DNA of 64,000 nt from Phoronis australis (Eukaryota > Animalia > Phoronida), in the NCBI GenBank assembly GCA_002633005.1, contig NMRA01000041.1, positions 371,016 through 435,015 on the forward strand. The letters are read 5' to 3'. Under the pieces are notes generated by a model. It was not told the origin of the DNA. It did no database searches and saw nothing but the letters and a program-made list of their open reading frames with translations. Numbering within the stretch: the stretch's first letter is position 1; every line of letters starts with the position of its first letter. This document shows positions 24,901-34,682 of this stretch, piece after piece. The translations under genes were made by a program, and so were the position numbers.

Positions 24901-27900
24901 TAATTATTTATGTGAATTAGCCATGAAAGTGAAAATCTACTTACTTGTTTAGGGCTGCGAAATTGCCCTTCCGCAGACCTTCAGGGCAAAGGTTGTACAG
25001 TAACAATGATTTGAATAATGTTTGTATTAATTCTAAATAAAAATTCCCCTAACAATCGAGTAATTGTTTCACAACAGCTTTCTGTCAGCAAACACTGAAT
25101 TAGCATGCGCTCACATGGCATCGGTGCCTGGTCAGTTACCTTTCAATGCCGGCATCAAAAGCTGGTAGCCTAACGCAGTGGTTTATTCATTGCTGGCTTC
25201 TCAAAACATTGCACTCACAAGCACTTCAAAGCCTTACACATTCTATCTAATGAGACAGACTTTGTTTCAGTTTCTTATAAGCATTGGTTAGGATCATTTT
25301 AGGATGAGAACAATTCATTTTGAAACAGATAGCAGAATAATAAACGTCTACATGGCAACTCTCCCGGCGTCAATCTCGACTTAGTCAAGAGCTCATCCGA
25401 CGAAGACTTCACGGGTCGTATCCTTAGGTTTCACAGGCTATTAGTTCCAACCCGAATACACTAATCAAGAAATACTAGAGAGGTACTGTGAACATGCATA
25501 AGCAACGGAACGTATGGATAGTTCTTTGGTAAGCCGGAATTCGTCAGAGAAATCACTGTCGACGAAATGCCGGCCACAGACACGGAGATGTTTCACGGCT
25601 TTATACTTGCTATTAACAGCATACCTTTCATTCTTCACTACCGCGAGCCACTCCCTAAGCATTTCGGGCTCTCGAAGAAGTCGAAAAAACGATATACCCG
25701 CTTTCTTCGCAGCTTCATAGTTCGAACAAGTGGGATTCGATGCACCACAATATAACGGCATTCTCTCTGCAGATGAACCACTGATGTCGCTGCGTCGCTT
25801 CTCACCTTCCTCACAGGTTAACGCGACACCTCTCAGCAAGGTGAGGTCAACCGTATAAGAGGCGATGTGGATATAGACCTCAGACCGGCAATCTAGAGAC
25901 CTGTGGTTCGATTCCTTCTTGGGGTTCCTGATTTTTCTGTGTTTATTTGATATATCTCATTACTGGCCAACCTCAGCGTCTCTATATTCACTATATCTAA
26001 TTAAGACATACTGTTAAATTGCTGATTGTATAATTGTCTAAATCGCGTGTGTATAATGTGAAATGCCGCTCATGGGATGTTTGACTTAACATTTGGCTGT
26101 AAACAGTAATTGCACAGATATCGGGTCCGCAGTTGCCCAGTGGTGAGAGCACTAGACCGGCAATCTAGAGACCTGTGGTTCGATTCCCAGTTGGGGTTCC
26201 TGATTTTTGTGTGTTTATGCTATGGATATAGACCGATTAAGACGGTAAAAAAGACTAATTAAATCGGTTGGCATTCTCCTTTAAACCTCCTAAAGTTTAT
26301 GAAATCAGCTGTATACATGTAAATGTGACTTTGAAGTCGTTTATCCTTTATTAGTGTGGCACACAAGTTCTTCCATCAATGTGCTGATGAAGTTGACGAT
26401 AAGCGCAGTAGCGAACTGAAAGAAGTCATATTGGATTACTTTGACCACACACCTCTACCTGATGGTGACGCTATACAGCCACCAGTTGTAGCTCCTGTAA
26501 GTAGATGTATGGTTTTAGGCTGTTCCAGTTCCTTAGATTCATTTAGAAAATACGAAGGTCTGATTTGATGCCAAATACGTTTCTCAAGCTCTACTTATAT
26601 TTACACATAACGTCATATGGAAAATGCCGAATATTGACTAGTGTATCGAATGAAACCCCACTCAATCAGTCCAATGGTCTAACTTCAGTTTTGGGTCTTA
26701 AGTAGCAGACACTCTGACCCTGTGAAGACTTCTTCAATAATTATTGCAGATTATCCAATTACTGTAGTGAGTCGAATGAAGTCACTAAATTAACCCAAAT
26801 TTACTGATTTGAAAATTTAATCCATGCAGGCTTATGCAGTGAAGGTTAAAATTTCTTTCATTCACTTTGACCATTCACTACTAACTTCATTGCACACGTA
26901 TTCAAACGATCAGTTGGTGAATAGTTTAATAAGTATTTGAATTTATTCGAAGAAAGGAAAACATGTCAAAAACGTTCAGCTTGCGAATGCTGTACATACA
27001 TACAGTAATGTACATGATAACATCACACAGAATTATACAAACTTCGTAACGATTGAGCGTGATAACACTGAGCTGAGGACGTCGCTTGTTACACTGTATA
27101 ATGTGCTTATAGCTGTTGGTGTGTTTACACATTGACTTCACTTGCATTTGTGTATGTATGAAATATGTAGCATGCATACGATAATGCCGTGTGAAAATTC
27201 ACTAATATACAAGTGAGGCAACTCCTGTCTCGGCGACTTATACACCTTGCTCTCCTTATTCAAGTATTATTTAAATATGCAATATTCTTGTCATTTGCTA
27301 GCAACTTAATTAAATGTTGATGTCGACAATATTCTGTTATAAAATTATTGTTGTTTGATGGCAATCTTTTTATATGTTGGCTTGGAACAGCCAGTTATTT
27401 GATGTGCCAAAACAGTGTTACGTGCTAAATTGGCTAGTTCATGAAACACATTATATGGAGTGATCAGGGTAGACAATCTTTAAAGAACTCAAAAGTTCGC
27501 AGGATCAGTTTTTCTTTTCTTGTAAGTGCACTTCCTGTCTCATTAGGTGCAGTTCTTTTCTCATGTGCCTCAATTCTTTGCTCTAAAATGCATACTATAT
27601 TAGTGTCCCATAGTAATGTATAGATTTGACATATTGTACCAAGCATGTCCAACATAGTGTACAGATTTGATTCGTTGTATCAACCATTTGCTAGGTTAAG
27701 TGTAACACATTGTGGTCTTCCTGTCATGTTTAAAAAGTAATGTGGTTTATGAGAAACAAACCCAGTGTGGAAGAAATGAATTGCAGGTATAAATGAGAAA
27801 GGTTGAGTTTGGGAGAACATAATTGCAATCCATTGCAAAAGACCTTCAGTTGGCAAGAAAATAACTGTGTTAATGAGAGAAGAATTTTAATGAGAAACGA

Positions 27901-28479
27901 AGTGTTAATGAGAAAAGAACTGTGTAAATGAGAAGTGTATGATGTAAGTGAGAATGCAATGTTAAAGAGAAAAATTGTCTAACATCTTGGTGGTTTTCGG
28001 AAGAAAATGACCAGCCACCTTATTAAACCTGGTCTTGAGCAATCAGGAACAGATTGTGCTTCCCAACATTTTACTTCCAATTTGAGTAAAGAACAAGTTA
28101 GTTGTGATCAATTTTAGCTCTCTGGTAAATGGTCTGAATCAAAAGTTAGTTCATTCATAGAAGGCAGTTACATTAGTAAGCTTATTATGAATTAACATCC
28201 ATCAGGTTCATAGATTACTAGATTTTTCTTTGTTTTCAGTTGTCAAGTGATGTTGAGTGCCATGTAAGATCCGACATTCGAAACTTTATTAACATCTATG
28301 GTTCTGAGCACGTGCTCACAGGCCGTGCCATCGCCCGCATCTTTCATGGAATTGGCAGTCCGTGCTTCCCCATAGAATCATGGTGTAGAGTGCGTCGATT
28401 TTGGAGAGCTCATCTTTACACCAACTTTAACCAGATCTGCCAAATTGCAACCAGAGAGCTGGTAAAGATGAGAACTTGA
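229..28479 (+). CDS. RECQL4: ATP-dependent DNA helicase Q4 (RECQL4), 3' part; 13 coding exons, 5' exons upstream of window
   Basis: Manual splice join(229..321,2797..2933,3258..3527,8786..8968,11542..11692,12199..12452,13321..13452,14332..14425,16279..16409,17233..17401,18302..18479,26355..26496,28240..28479). All introns are GT-AG with consistent phases. Product has [59 protein letters not shown]-type motif [20 protein letters not shown] zinc ligands and the RECQL4-specific C-terminus [16 protein letters not shown]...RRFWR. Confidence 0.96.
612..798. repeat. 57-bp minisatellite, about 3.3 copies
   Basis: GCCATTTTCTAACTCACAATTTTAAGGATGGCCATGTC..GGCATTGCAT recurs at about 613, 670, 727 and partially 784. 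Confidence 0.85.
799..1622 (+). mobile_element. Helentron-associated non-autonomous element (HINE/DINE-1-like), family A
   Basis: 5' TTTTATGCGCCCACAT with adjacent inverted copy TGTGGACGCAT, (GTCC)-type microsatellite, internal ~150-bp repeats, 3' subterminal IR TGGGTGCAT and hairpin CAATGC-TCT-GCGTTG. Confidence 0.75.
1976..2690 (-). mobile_element. 5'-truncated L1/Tx1-type LINE 3' end, copy 1
   Basis: Minus strand encodes broken [17 protein letters not shown]...DILFG...[15 protein letters not shown], the C-terminal zinc-knuckle region of Tx1/L1 ORF2, followed by a 3' UTR. Confidence 0.7.
2797..2933 (+). CDS. RECQL4: RECQL4 exon (Walker A / motif Ia)
   Basis: tgccag|GT...CAG|gtata; [45 protein letters not shown]. 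Confidence 0.95.
3258..3527 (+). CDS. RECQL4: RECQL4 exon (DEAH box, aromatic loop)
   Basis: ttttcag|ATC...AAG|gtgag; [14 protein letters not shown]...[24 protein letters not shown]. Confidence 0.95.
3705..3880 (+). mobile_element. tRNA-derived SINE
   Basis: A box TGGCCTAATG, B box GGTTTGAGTCCC, then CCCTTGAGTCAGG; second family member at 52709-52888. Confidence 0.7.
5400..5752. repeat. Dispersed repeat shared with 19460-19822 (probably a non-autonomous DNA transposon)
   Basis: TACGCAGACGA.CTTCAAAA...TCACGTGAC...CATGTGTGTTC.TCCA.AGATTTTTCTCGTGTTG...ATCGTAATTTAACAAC present at both loci. Confidence 0.65.
5754..6355 (-). mobile_element. 5'-truncated L1/Tx1-type LINE 3' end, copy 2
   Basis: Near-identical direct repeat of 1976-2578 with the same 3' end and a shorter 5' extent. 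Confidence 0.7.
6598..6862. mobile_element. Degenerate fold-back element related to 20551-20999
   Basis: Imperfect inverted arms at about 6598-6684 and 6766-6862; right end ACTTGCTCCC.AAGTACAG is shared with 20979-20997. Confidence 0.55.
6878..8782 (+). mobile_element. HINE family A copy with other repeats nested at about 7365-8540
   Basis: Starts TTTTTATGCGCCCACAT with (GGGCGTC)n; family A sequence resumes at about 8540 and ends TTTCAACTCTCCGCTTTGCTCTTGTT immediately before the RECQL4 acceptor AG. Confidence 0.7.
8786..8968 (+). CDS. RECQL4: RECQL4 exon (motif III)
   Basis: gttaag|GTT...CAG|gtata; [19 protein letters not shown]...[17 protein letters not shown]. Confidence 0.93.
9242..9628. 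repeat. Insertion with ~90-bp tandem repeats, ending at an n gap
   Basis: CCGCTTAAATTTAAG-like motif at about 9339, 9436, 9526, 9613. Confidence 0.6.
9630..9970 (+). repeat. Duplicate of 8901-9241 (3' half of a RECQL4 exon plus intron), probably the second allele
   Basis: Near-identical (one substitution seen, GAAGTAG vs GAAGCAG) and starts immediately after the n at 9629. Confidence 0.8.
10805..11212 (-). mobile_element. Decayed THAP-domain transposase fragment
   Basis: [13 protein letters not shown]...KFFTFP matches the THAP N-terminal CxVxGC / FFxFP pattern; reading frame is broken afterwards. Confidence 0.5.
11542..11692 (+). CDS. RECQL4: RECQL4 exon (motif IV)
   Basis: cttcag|GCC...AAG|gttag; [35 protein letters not shown]. 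Confidence 0.93.
12199..12452 (+). CDS. RECQL4: RECQL4 exon (motifs V-VI)
   Basis: ccgtag|GC...GAG|gtgag; ECYHAGL...[41 protein letters not shown]. Confidence 0.95.
12682..12788. repeat. ~35-bp tandem repeat x3
   Basis: TTTTAGG(G)ATGAATATGAAATAAAAACT.TCTAG. Confidence 0.8.
12865..12938. repeat. Compound (AGT)n/(AGC)n microsatellite
   Basis: Directly visible. Confidence 0.9.
13321..13452 (+). CDS. RECQL4: RECQL4 exon (zinc-binding domain, CxC)
   Basis: ttacag|GGA...AAG|gtcag; [34 protein letters not shown]. Confidence 0.92.
13550..13727. mobile_element. Inverted-repeat element built from tRNA-derived SINE-like sequence
   Basis: Arms 13550-13621 and 13661-13727 are imperfect reverse complements (CATGACCTAAT/ATTAGGTCATG, TGAAAAGATTTCTG/CAGAAATCTTTTCA); B-box-like GGTTCGAGTACC at about 13657. 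Confidence 0.5.
14332..14425 (+). CDS. RECQL4: RECQL4 exon (zinc-binding domain, CxGH)
   Basis: ttgtag|TCA...AAG|gttag; [31 protein letters not shown]. Confidence 0.9.
16279..16409 (+). CDS. RECQL4: RECQL4 exon
   Basis: attcag|GT...AAG|gtttg; [43 protein letters not shown]. Confidence 0.92.
17233..17401 (+). CDS. RECQL4: RECQL4 exon
   Basis: ttgcag|TGC...AAG|gtagg; [10 protein letters not shown]...[28 protein letters not shown]. Confidence 0.92.
18302..18479 (+). CDS. RECQL4: RECQL4 exon
   Basis: tgccag|GT...AG|gtgag; [39 protein letters not shown]. Confidence 0.93.
18548..18640 (+). mobile_element. Left end of a pogo/Tigger-like MITE
   Basis: TA followed by CCGTATTCACCCGAATAA, with repeated ATAAG(C/T)G.CC subterminal motifs; right end not found. 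Confidence 0.4.
20277..23123 (+). mobile_element. HINE family A copy with long satellite-like array and a duplicated 3' end
   Basis: 5' TTTATGCACCCACAT pairs with 3' TGTGGGTGCAT (about 22471). Terminal motif CAACGCTCC...TTGCTCTTGTT occurs at about 22505 and again at about 23123. Internal ~150-bp monomers form ~445-bp trimers. Confidence 0.75.
20551..20999. mobile_element. Fold-back insertion with 12-bp TSD (Penelope-like non-autonomous element?)
   Basis: TSD AGGCATCTATTA at 20539-20550 and 21000-21011; 86-bp near-perfect inverted arms 20548-20633 and 20839-20924, then a 75-bp unpaired tail. Confidence 0.65.
25465..25761 (-). pseudogene. THAP domain (transposase N-terminus remnant)
   Basis: [14 protein letters not shown]...ISFFRL...W...[13 protein letters not shown], the C2CH THAP signature, followed by an early stop. 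Confidence 0.75.
25880..26222 (+). mobile_element. tRNA-derived retroposon with terminal direct repeats and 12-bp TSD
   Basis: TSD TGGATATAGACC at 25868-25879 and 26223-26234; the sister Kolobok at 42913 has a single copy of this site. ~64-bp direct repeat at 25882-25945 and 26154-26218; full tRNA-like unit at 26123-26199. Confidence 0.7.
26355..26496 (+). CDS. RECQL4: RECQL4 exon
   Basis: tattag|T...CCT|gtaag; [30 protein letters not shown]. Confidence 0.88.
28240..28479 (+). CDS. RECQL4: RECQL4 last coding exon
   Basis: ttttcag|TTG...TGA; [51 protein letters not shown]. Confidence 0.95.
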   Translation: MSSDVECHVRSDIRNFINIYGSEHVLTGRAIARIFHGIGSPCFPIESWCRVRRFWRAHLYTNFNQICQIATRELVKMRT

Positions 28480-31400
28480 GTGTTGCTCTTACAAGTAAAT
28501 CATCCATTTTGTTGATGATCAATTATAGTACTGTTATCTTGTATCATGGATTCAATTGATTTTTTGTACTGCTGGCTGCAACAGACGTGTAATATGTAAT
28601 AAAATGCTATATCTTCATCTCTGTATACAAAACCAAATGAAGCTTAAACTTGATCAGATGAATCAAATGTTCTGTACATCAATCTTTATAAGAGAGCAAA
28701 AATTGATATGCAAGACAAAGCATAGATTTGTTGGCTGCAAGTCATCCAATGGAGAATCCAGAAAATGTCATGCATGCAACTGTCTGCTTGATAAGCTTCA
28801 AGGTTCAGGTGATATGTACATGTATGTACCGTAGCTATAAGCACAAGAATTTTGAATAACGGCGGCCTTAATTTGCATAAATTATGCAAATTGACAATGT
28901 ATCAACCAAAACATGCACAATTAAATTTGCTGACCTTAGGAACATGGGTGAAAACGTCAATATTATCTGCCTGCAGGGCTTGATAAGGAAATTATAAGCA
29001 AAACTTTTGGTTTTGATACAAATGGAGAGTGAATTCTACCTTGAATTTACAATATTATTGAAAGTAAGTAGGGATCTATTCAAGCAAGTCCCCCAATTTA
29101 AGGACTGATAGTCCCTATTTATTTTCAATGAACTCGGGGCTCAGTTTCTAGTAATATTATTAGAAAATGTCATTAATCAAAGAGGAGCTCATAACAAAAT
29201 GAAATGATAGAAAATATTGCATACCTGAGTTCATAAAGACACAATTACCAAAACAAATTTAGGGACCTTAGTTGAGTCCCTATTTGGGACTTATTCATGT
29301 AACTGGCCACTGGCTCCAGTCTATATGCTGAGAAATACAGCGTCCTTCATTCAACAAGCTATGGCAATTTGGAGCGAAATTCACAGTATTTGATGAATTG
29401 GCTAGAATATATTGTTTGTATATTAAGGTAATTAACTGTGGGTCAATGGCCCTATGAGTTTGTTTGTTTGATGAGCTGGCAGTTCAATTGGATTAGATGC
29501 TACTCTTACCTAAGATGACCTGAAATTCTGGCTACTTCAAGTACTACTAAGCGGGAAAATGAAGTGATTTTTACAGATTGCTTTTTTACTGTATGTCTAC
29601 CAGCAGTGCTGGTTTGGATCATCTGTACCCCACAATCGTTTGTGTGTATTGTTTTTAAAGGTTAACGAATCTTTCATCTTCAACTCACTACGCCACCTGA
29701 TGGTAAGATATAAAACAAACTGACCTTGGTGTTGAGGCGTCTCCTGCTTGGTGGAGAATGGCATTTATTTAGTCTTAACAATTTGCTAGTGATACTCTGA
29801 TACTAGATTGAGATGTTCTCAGATTAGTTTCATACACCAACAAACTAACGTAAGATTGGAGTTAACCCTACAAATATAAACATATTTCGTTTATTAAGTG
29901 GGAGAACACATTATCCCGCTGTTGGAATATTGATTAAACAATGTTATTTTGGATTTCAGTGGATGATTGGATCAACAAAACTGAAACTCTTTTGAGCTTT
30001 CAAATTTAAATATATTTTTTGGAAATGTTAATCTAATTGTATGTCTAGGAAATTTTCCTATTTATTGACAAGGTCTTAAAAACACACCTCCCAATTTGAT
30101 ATAGGTTGTAGTTGAAAAGAGAAGTCTGCACATTTCAAAGTCAAAAAATATTTTGCAATAATCTAAAATTGGACGATTTTAATAACCGATACTTTTATTT
30201 TGAGGCATTTTATTTTTGAGTTGTAAGTGACCCCCACCGAGTGTCATTTCCATTCATTCGAGAGGTTACAGATATTAGACCCTAGGCATTTTGATAAAAA
30301 CATAAACGTGAATACTAATTGAAGAAAACAAACATTTATTGGCAGCTTGTACTGTGTCCAACTGCTCAATCGATGTCTATTTGTTGATATCGTACAAGGT
30401 AAGGCCATTTTATCATTTCCATGAGAACTGAATGTTTTACATTGAATTATATGCAACCTATTTCAATTGAGATATTGATCAACACGTTAGGAGTGCAGGC
30501 CCGTAGACCACATTGTGCGGGAGGTTGGTTGGGGCGGAATTTTGATATTTTGCAAACGTTGACGATGTAAGTGTGGTTTTCGGTAAGTCCCTTAACACTA
30601 CACAGCTTAATAAGAGGTGAGGGAAATTTGTATACACAACGATGACTCAACTCTATGGTCCCGAGATGAGACGGAATTCGTAATATCAGAAATGAGGATG
30701 CCGTTATGGTTGCTCGCAAAGAATGGTACTCAAGATCGGGTGTAATGTGGTCGAGAAAGGGAACATTCTCGTGTTACTCCATACCAAAATTTCATACCAG
30801 GCGATGCTTAAATGAGTGATTACTCCTCATTACATACTCGGACGACAGTATTTACAGTGTAGTCGGAAAATGATTTGAATTTTTTATCTGGTTGTATGTT
30901 GCGTGTTATTTAAATTGCTTACATCGCTGGAAATGCAAACAGCCAACTATTCCAAATGTTTACTACTCTGAAGGCTCACTATTCGGAAGGTTCGCTACTC
31001 CGAAAATTTCTAAAACTTAGGACTATGATGTAATTTTTATGGTGTACCTATACCCAAAACAATGCCCTGGTTTCATGGGCATGCGAAATTGCCCGTATGT
31101 CTTACGAATTGAGTACGTACCTGGATTTTTACTGTAAATGAATATGAAGTAGAAATATTGATTAATTATCAAGCACGATACATTCATCAAATCCATGTCA
31201 AGGTCGCATGATTTCACAATGGACTGAAATGCTTTGGTTCGCTGCCGGGCCTCAACCTCACCCACCAGCTACCATGTCCTTGCCAGTCTTCACGAACTCG
31301 AAGAGTTCCATTCAGTCTCCCTAAATGTCGCCGTTGGTCGCTGCAGCCTGGACTCGTTTGTGTTCATGCTTGAGAATGAGTTGCAAGTTAGATTCAAGGC

Positions 31401-34290
31401 AGTGATTGGAATATTTGTAAACTACGTAATCTAAGTTTTAAGAGCTATTCAACTTTCCACACACTTTAAAATGTTAAATTCCGATTTTATAGCAACGATC
31501 GAGGACTGCCCATAGCGAACTTACCATCGTGTACTGAATTTCAAAGAATGGAAACGCACACACGTGTAAAAACATGCATGTCAACCCACAATCAAAGTGG
31601 ACATTGGATCATGCGTGCACCCAGCCTTCGATATGGGGAGCTCGAATTCCCGTTGTTGTGGACCATTAGCTAACAAAAGAGCGGGCGGACGTACAAAAAA
31701 AAAACGGAAGCACTTCTTTGCATTGTGGCTTTGCGCTTATTTAGTGGATTTTCGAGCCCCCCCCCCCATCCGCTGCGTGCGCGCGTGTGGATGAACATAA
31801 TTGACGACCACTCCAGTTCGAAATTTGAAAATTCTTGCATTTTTCAGTACCCTGGCAGCAAATGTTCCAAAATAGCAGTTAACAAACATTTCTGCTGTTT
31901 TGTTTCGTGGTCTATTTTATGGCATTCACACCGCACTACTTTTTGGCAGCTCTGTCGCAGCTATGTAGCCTAGCTAGGTATCTAGAGTCCCGTGTTACCC
32001 CATATTGTAGCCACCACGCGCGTTCAATGCCCATGAATAACATAAAGCCTCCTCTAAATGGTCTGCAGGATCTAGCTTTTATCAAACAGAATTCGGGCGA
32101 AGTTGGACAGGTACATGTACGGCCAGATGGTTACGTGAATCAAATTCAAAATTATTAGGCCTACTAACTTAGAAGTACCAGTAGCTGCCCATCTGTATCC
32201 CGATACTGGACCTTTTCTGCGGGGATTCCACCGAACCCCCNNNNNNNNNNNCCCCCCCCCCCCCCTTGGCTACGGGCGTGGAGTGTAGTAGGCCCCTTAA
32301 AAGAGAATGCCACCCAAAAAAAAACACCTGTCTTGTATACTCGATAACGGCACGTTCGGTTGCGTAACCTGACGGCAGACGGAGATGTTGAAATTAGCCA
32401 ATGACGTAATTGGTTTCACACGCAGTCTGTTCAACATTTCACAACACGGGTTAGTGGTCTTAGCTTATCGCTTGAATTCATCTTTTAACAGCAATAAATC
32501 ACCAAACTTCGATGTAAAACCCTTAAAAATACACGGAGTTCTGATAAATAAAAACGTGTTGTTTTATTTCGCTGTTACGGATTTACTGGTATTTGGACAC
32601 ATAGCCAAAGTTCAGCAGGCCAATTTACCAAGGTCCGTAGCAGGAGTTTGGGGTCTGTTCGGAGATAAATTCGAAGTTATTCTTCCTTGAAATACAGACA
32701 GGAGAACCTAAATATATGTCTTTTATACTTAGGATTTTTTGAATTCTAGACACACAAAACGCTTGTTATCCCGGCCAGTAACTCGGAACCCGATCACTAG
32801 GCCTTCAAAACTGCTCGGTGCGCTCAATTCAAAGAAAAAAGGAAACACTAACAGTGACAATAGAAGTCGAGATTAATAGTACCTGGCTATTTGCAAAGTA
32901 TGCAAGAAATTCGCACACAAAATGAGAATATACAGAGCCCTTACACAAATGGCCTAACCACAAGCACAACTATGAGCAAAACGGTCGTATTCCAATATGC
33001 AACATTTCTAGGTTCACGATAGAGTTTTAAAGGTATTAAACCGTTTTCAAAATTATTGGCCAAGTACTTTCTCTTTTTCCAACCCTAGCAATTGACAAAA
33101 ACACAGTTACACTGAACGAAGTTTATATTTTTCATGTTATGCACAGGTCCTTTTCATAAATGTACTATAAGAAAAGACATCTGCCTTAGCAAAAAAAAAA
33201 ACTATCAAAAATTATCAACATTCCAAGATCATAAAGCAACATATTAAGTTGGAGGGAATGTCAGCCAACATGGGTGTTATTACGATATAAAAAGTTTGGA
33301 CATGGCTCCCCCTATACCAGAGTAACTGCGTGTGTTCGCCAGTCACATGGTCATTGAAATGATGTTGACCTAAAAAAATTAGCAAGGCACCTTTCCTCTT
33401 GGATAATTGAGGGCCCTGATTTTATACTTGTGACATTTAGTGAGCTGATTAGATATGACAGGTTGCGTATTTTGATTTGAAAAAAAACTACCAGTGTCTA
33501 GTCTCGATTAATATTTGACCCGACAAATTGTGAGCTAAAACTGGTAAAGTTACTTAAAGAATAAGGAGAGATTTATGTAATATGAAAATAGTAAATTTAA
33601 AGGTTGAGTTCATATTGCATGTTTGAGATATCTCAAATCAGGTCAGGTTTATGCCCTGGGTACTTTTCAACGGTATTAAAATACTTCGGACTCGCTCACA
33701 CCACGTTGTGAGTGTAAAAAGTTATTGAGAGACTGGATCGCGTTTGCTGATGAAAAACAGTCTTCTGTTCATCGCACGACTTGATTCGAACTAACAGTGA
33801 GTCGACACACAAGTAGGTTTCCCCGAAATTAATTTTTATGGTTAAGCTGCAAGCCAAGTTGGCGAATGGACTTAGCTATACCGTCGCCAGTGCCACTCAG
33901 AACTCGCCAATGGTGGCAAATGGCTAGCATGAGCCTAGACTGTCCATATTAGAATGACCTAATTATTCTAATGCAGGCAAATCCCGATCCGGTCTAGAGT
34001 ATCACCATCAGATATCACAACTTAAAGGCGAAGGCAACCTTTTTCCATGTCATTTTGAGCTAAAATAAGGTTGGTTGGTTATCCTAGACATATTTTTCAC
34101 TTAATTACAGCTTTTCGTAATTTTATTAATTATTCGTCCGCTTTTCCGGAAGTGACGTTTTAGGAGGCAAGCGCTTCCCGCCAATTTCTTTTCACATAGT
34201 CTGACTGTGAGAGCTGCCGAGTCAGTCATTGTTCTACCTCGGTTGTGTTAAGTTCCGTCGTCGTTCGCTTTCATTTACTAGTCAGTCAAC

Positions 34291-34342
34291 ATGCCACACT
34301 GTTGCTGCGTACCGGGATGTAGTAATTATCGGCTCACGCGCG
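34291..34342 (+). CDS. Start of THAP-domain ORF (partial, cut by gap)
   Basis: MPHCCCVPGCSNYRLTR, a typical THAP N-terminus, then n. Confidence 0.6.
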
Positions 34343-34370
34343 NCGGTCCGCCAAGTATACCACATACACT

Positions 34371-34682
34371 CTAATGGAGGAAGAGACCAAAAAGATAATT
34401 GATGTGGAACTCGGAACAGCACAAGCATTCAATTGAGGTAGGCATAACAACGCACACAGTGCATTTGCACCAAGATGTGTCACCACGTCTGTCTTCAGTA
34501 GCCGCCTCGTTTCTCTCAACAGCTGCCTGTGCCTGTGTGTACTCTGCCTCGTTGTACTCGGGCTCAAACATGTACCCACCCACTGAATGTCCGTGAAAAA
34601 ATTCCTCGTCACCACTGCTGTGAACAAGGTCTCCGTCACTCACACTACTGTCACTGTGATACGGGTCACCGACTCCAGCCAT
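34371..34682 (-). CDS. KolX / P2X7 C-terminal ballast-like Cys-rich protein, N-terminal part
   Basis: Acidic leader, GYMFEPEY, then RRGDTSWCKCTVCVVMPTSIECLCCSE, matching WCxCxxCxxMPTxxECxCCxE. Confidence 0.7.
   Translation of the reverse strand: MAGVGDPYHSDSSVSDGDLVHSSGDEEFFHGHSVGGYMFEPEYNEAEYTQAQAAVERNEAATEDRRGDTSWCKCTVCVVMPTSIECLCCSEFHINYLFGLFLH

Larger units (their letters stand above)
23684..26280 (+). mobile_element. Non-autonomous Kolobok-type DNA transposon, family B copy 1
   Basis: TTAA|AGGAGAATGCCA ... TGGCATTCTCCT|TTAA; contains a THAP ORF remnant (-) and a KolX-like F.PEY remnant (+). Confidence 0.8.

Noticed and set aside
26123-26199. Functional tRNA gene (GGC anticodon)
   Set aside because: Acceptor and T stems are mismatched, and it sits inside a TSD-flanked insertion with a partial duplicate
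28598-28603. AATAAA as the RECQL4 polyadenylation signal
   Set aside because: Plausible position, but the hexamer is common in AT-rich DNA and cannot be supported without transcripts
30440-31430. Missing 3' exons of the FMO or another gene
   Set aside because: Coding-like patches, but no FMO motifs or other recognisable family found by eye
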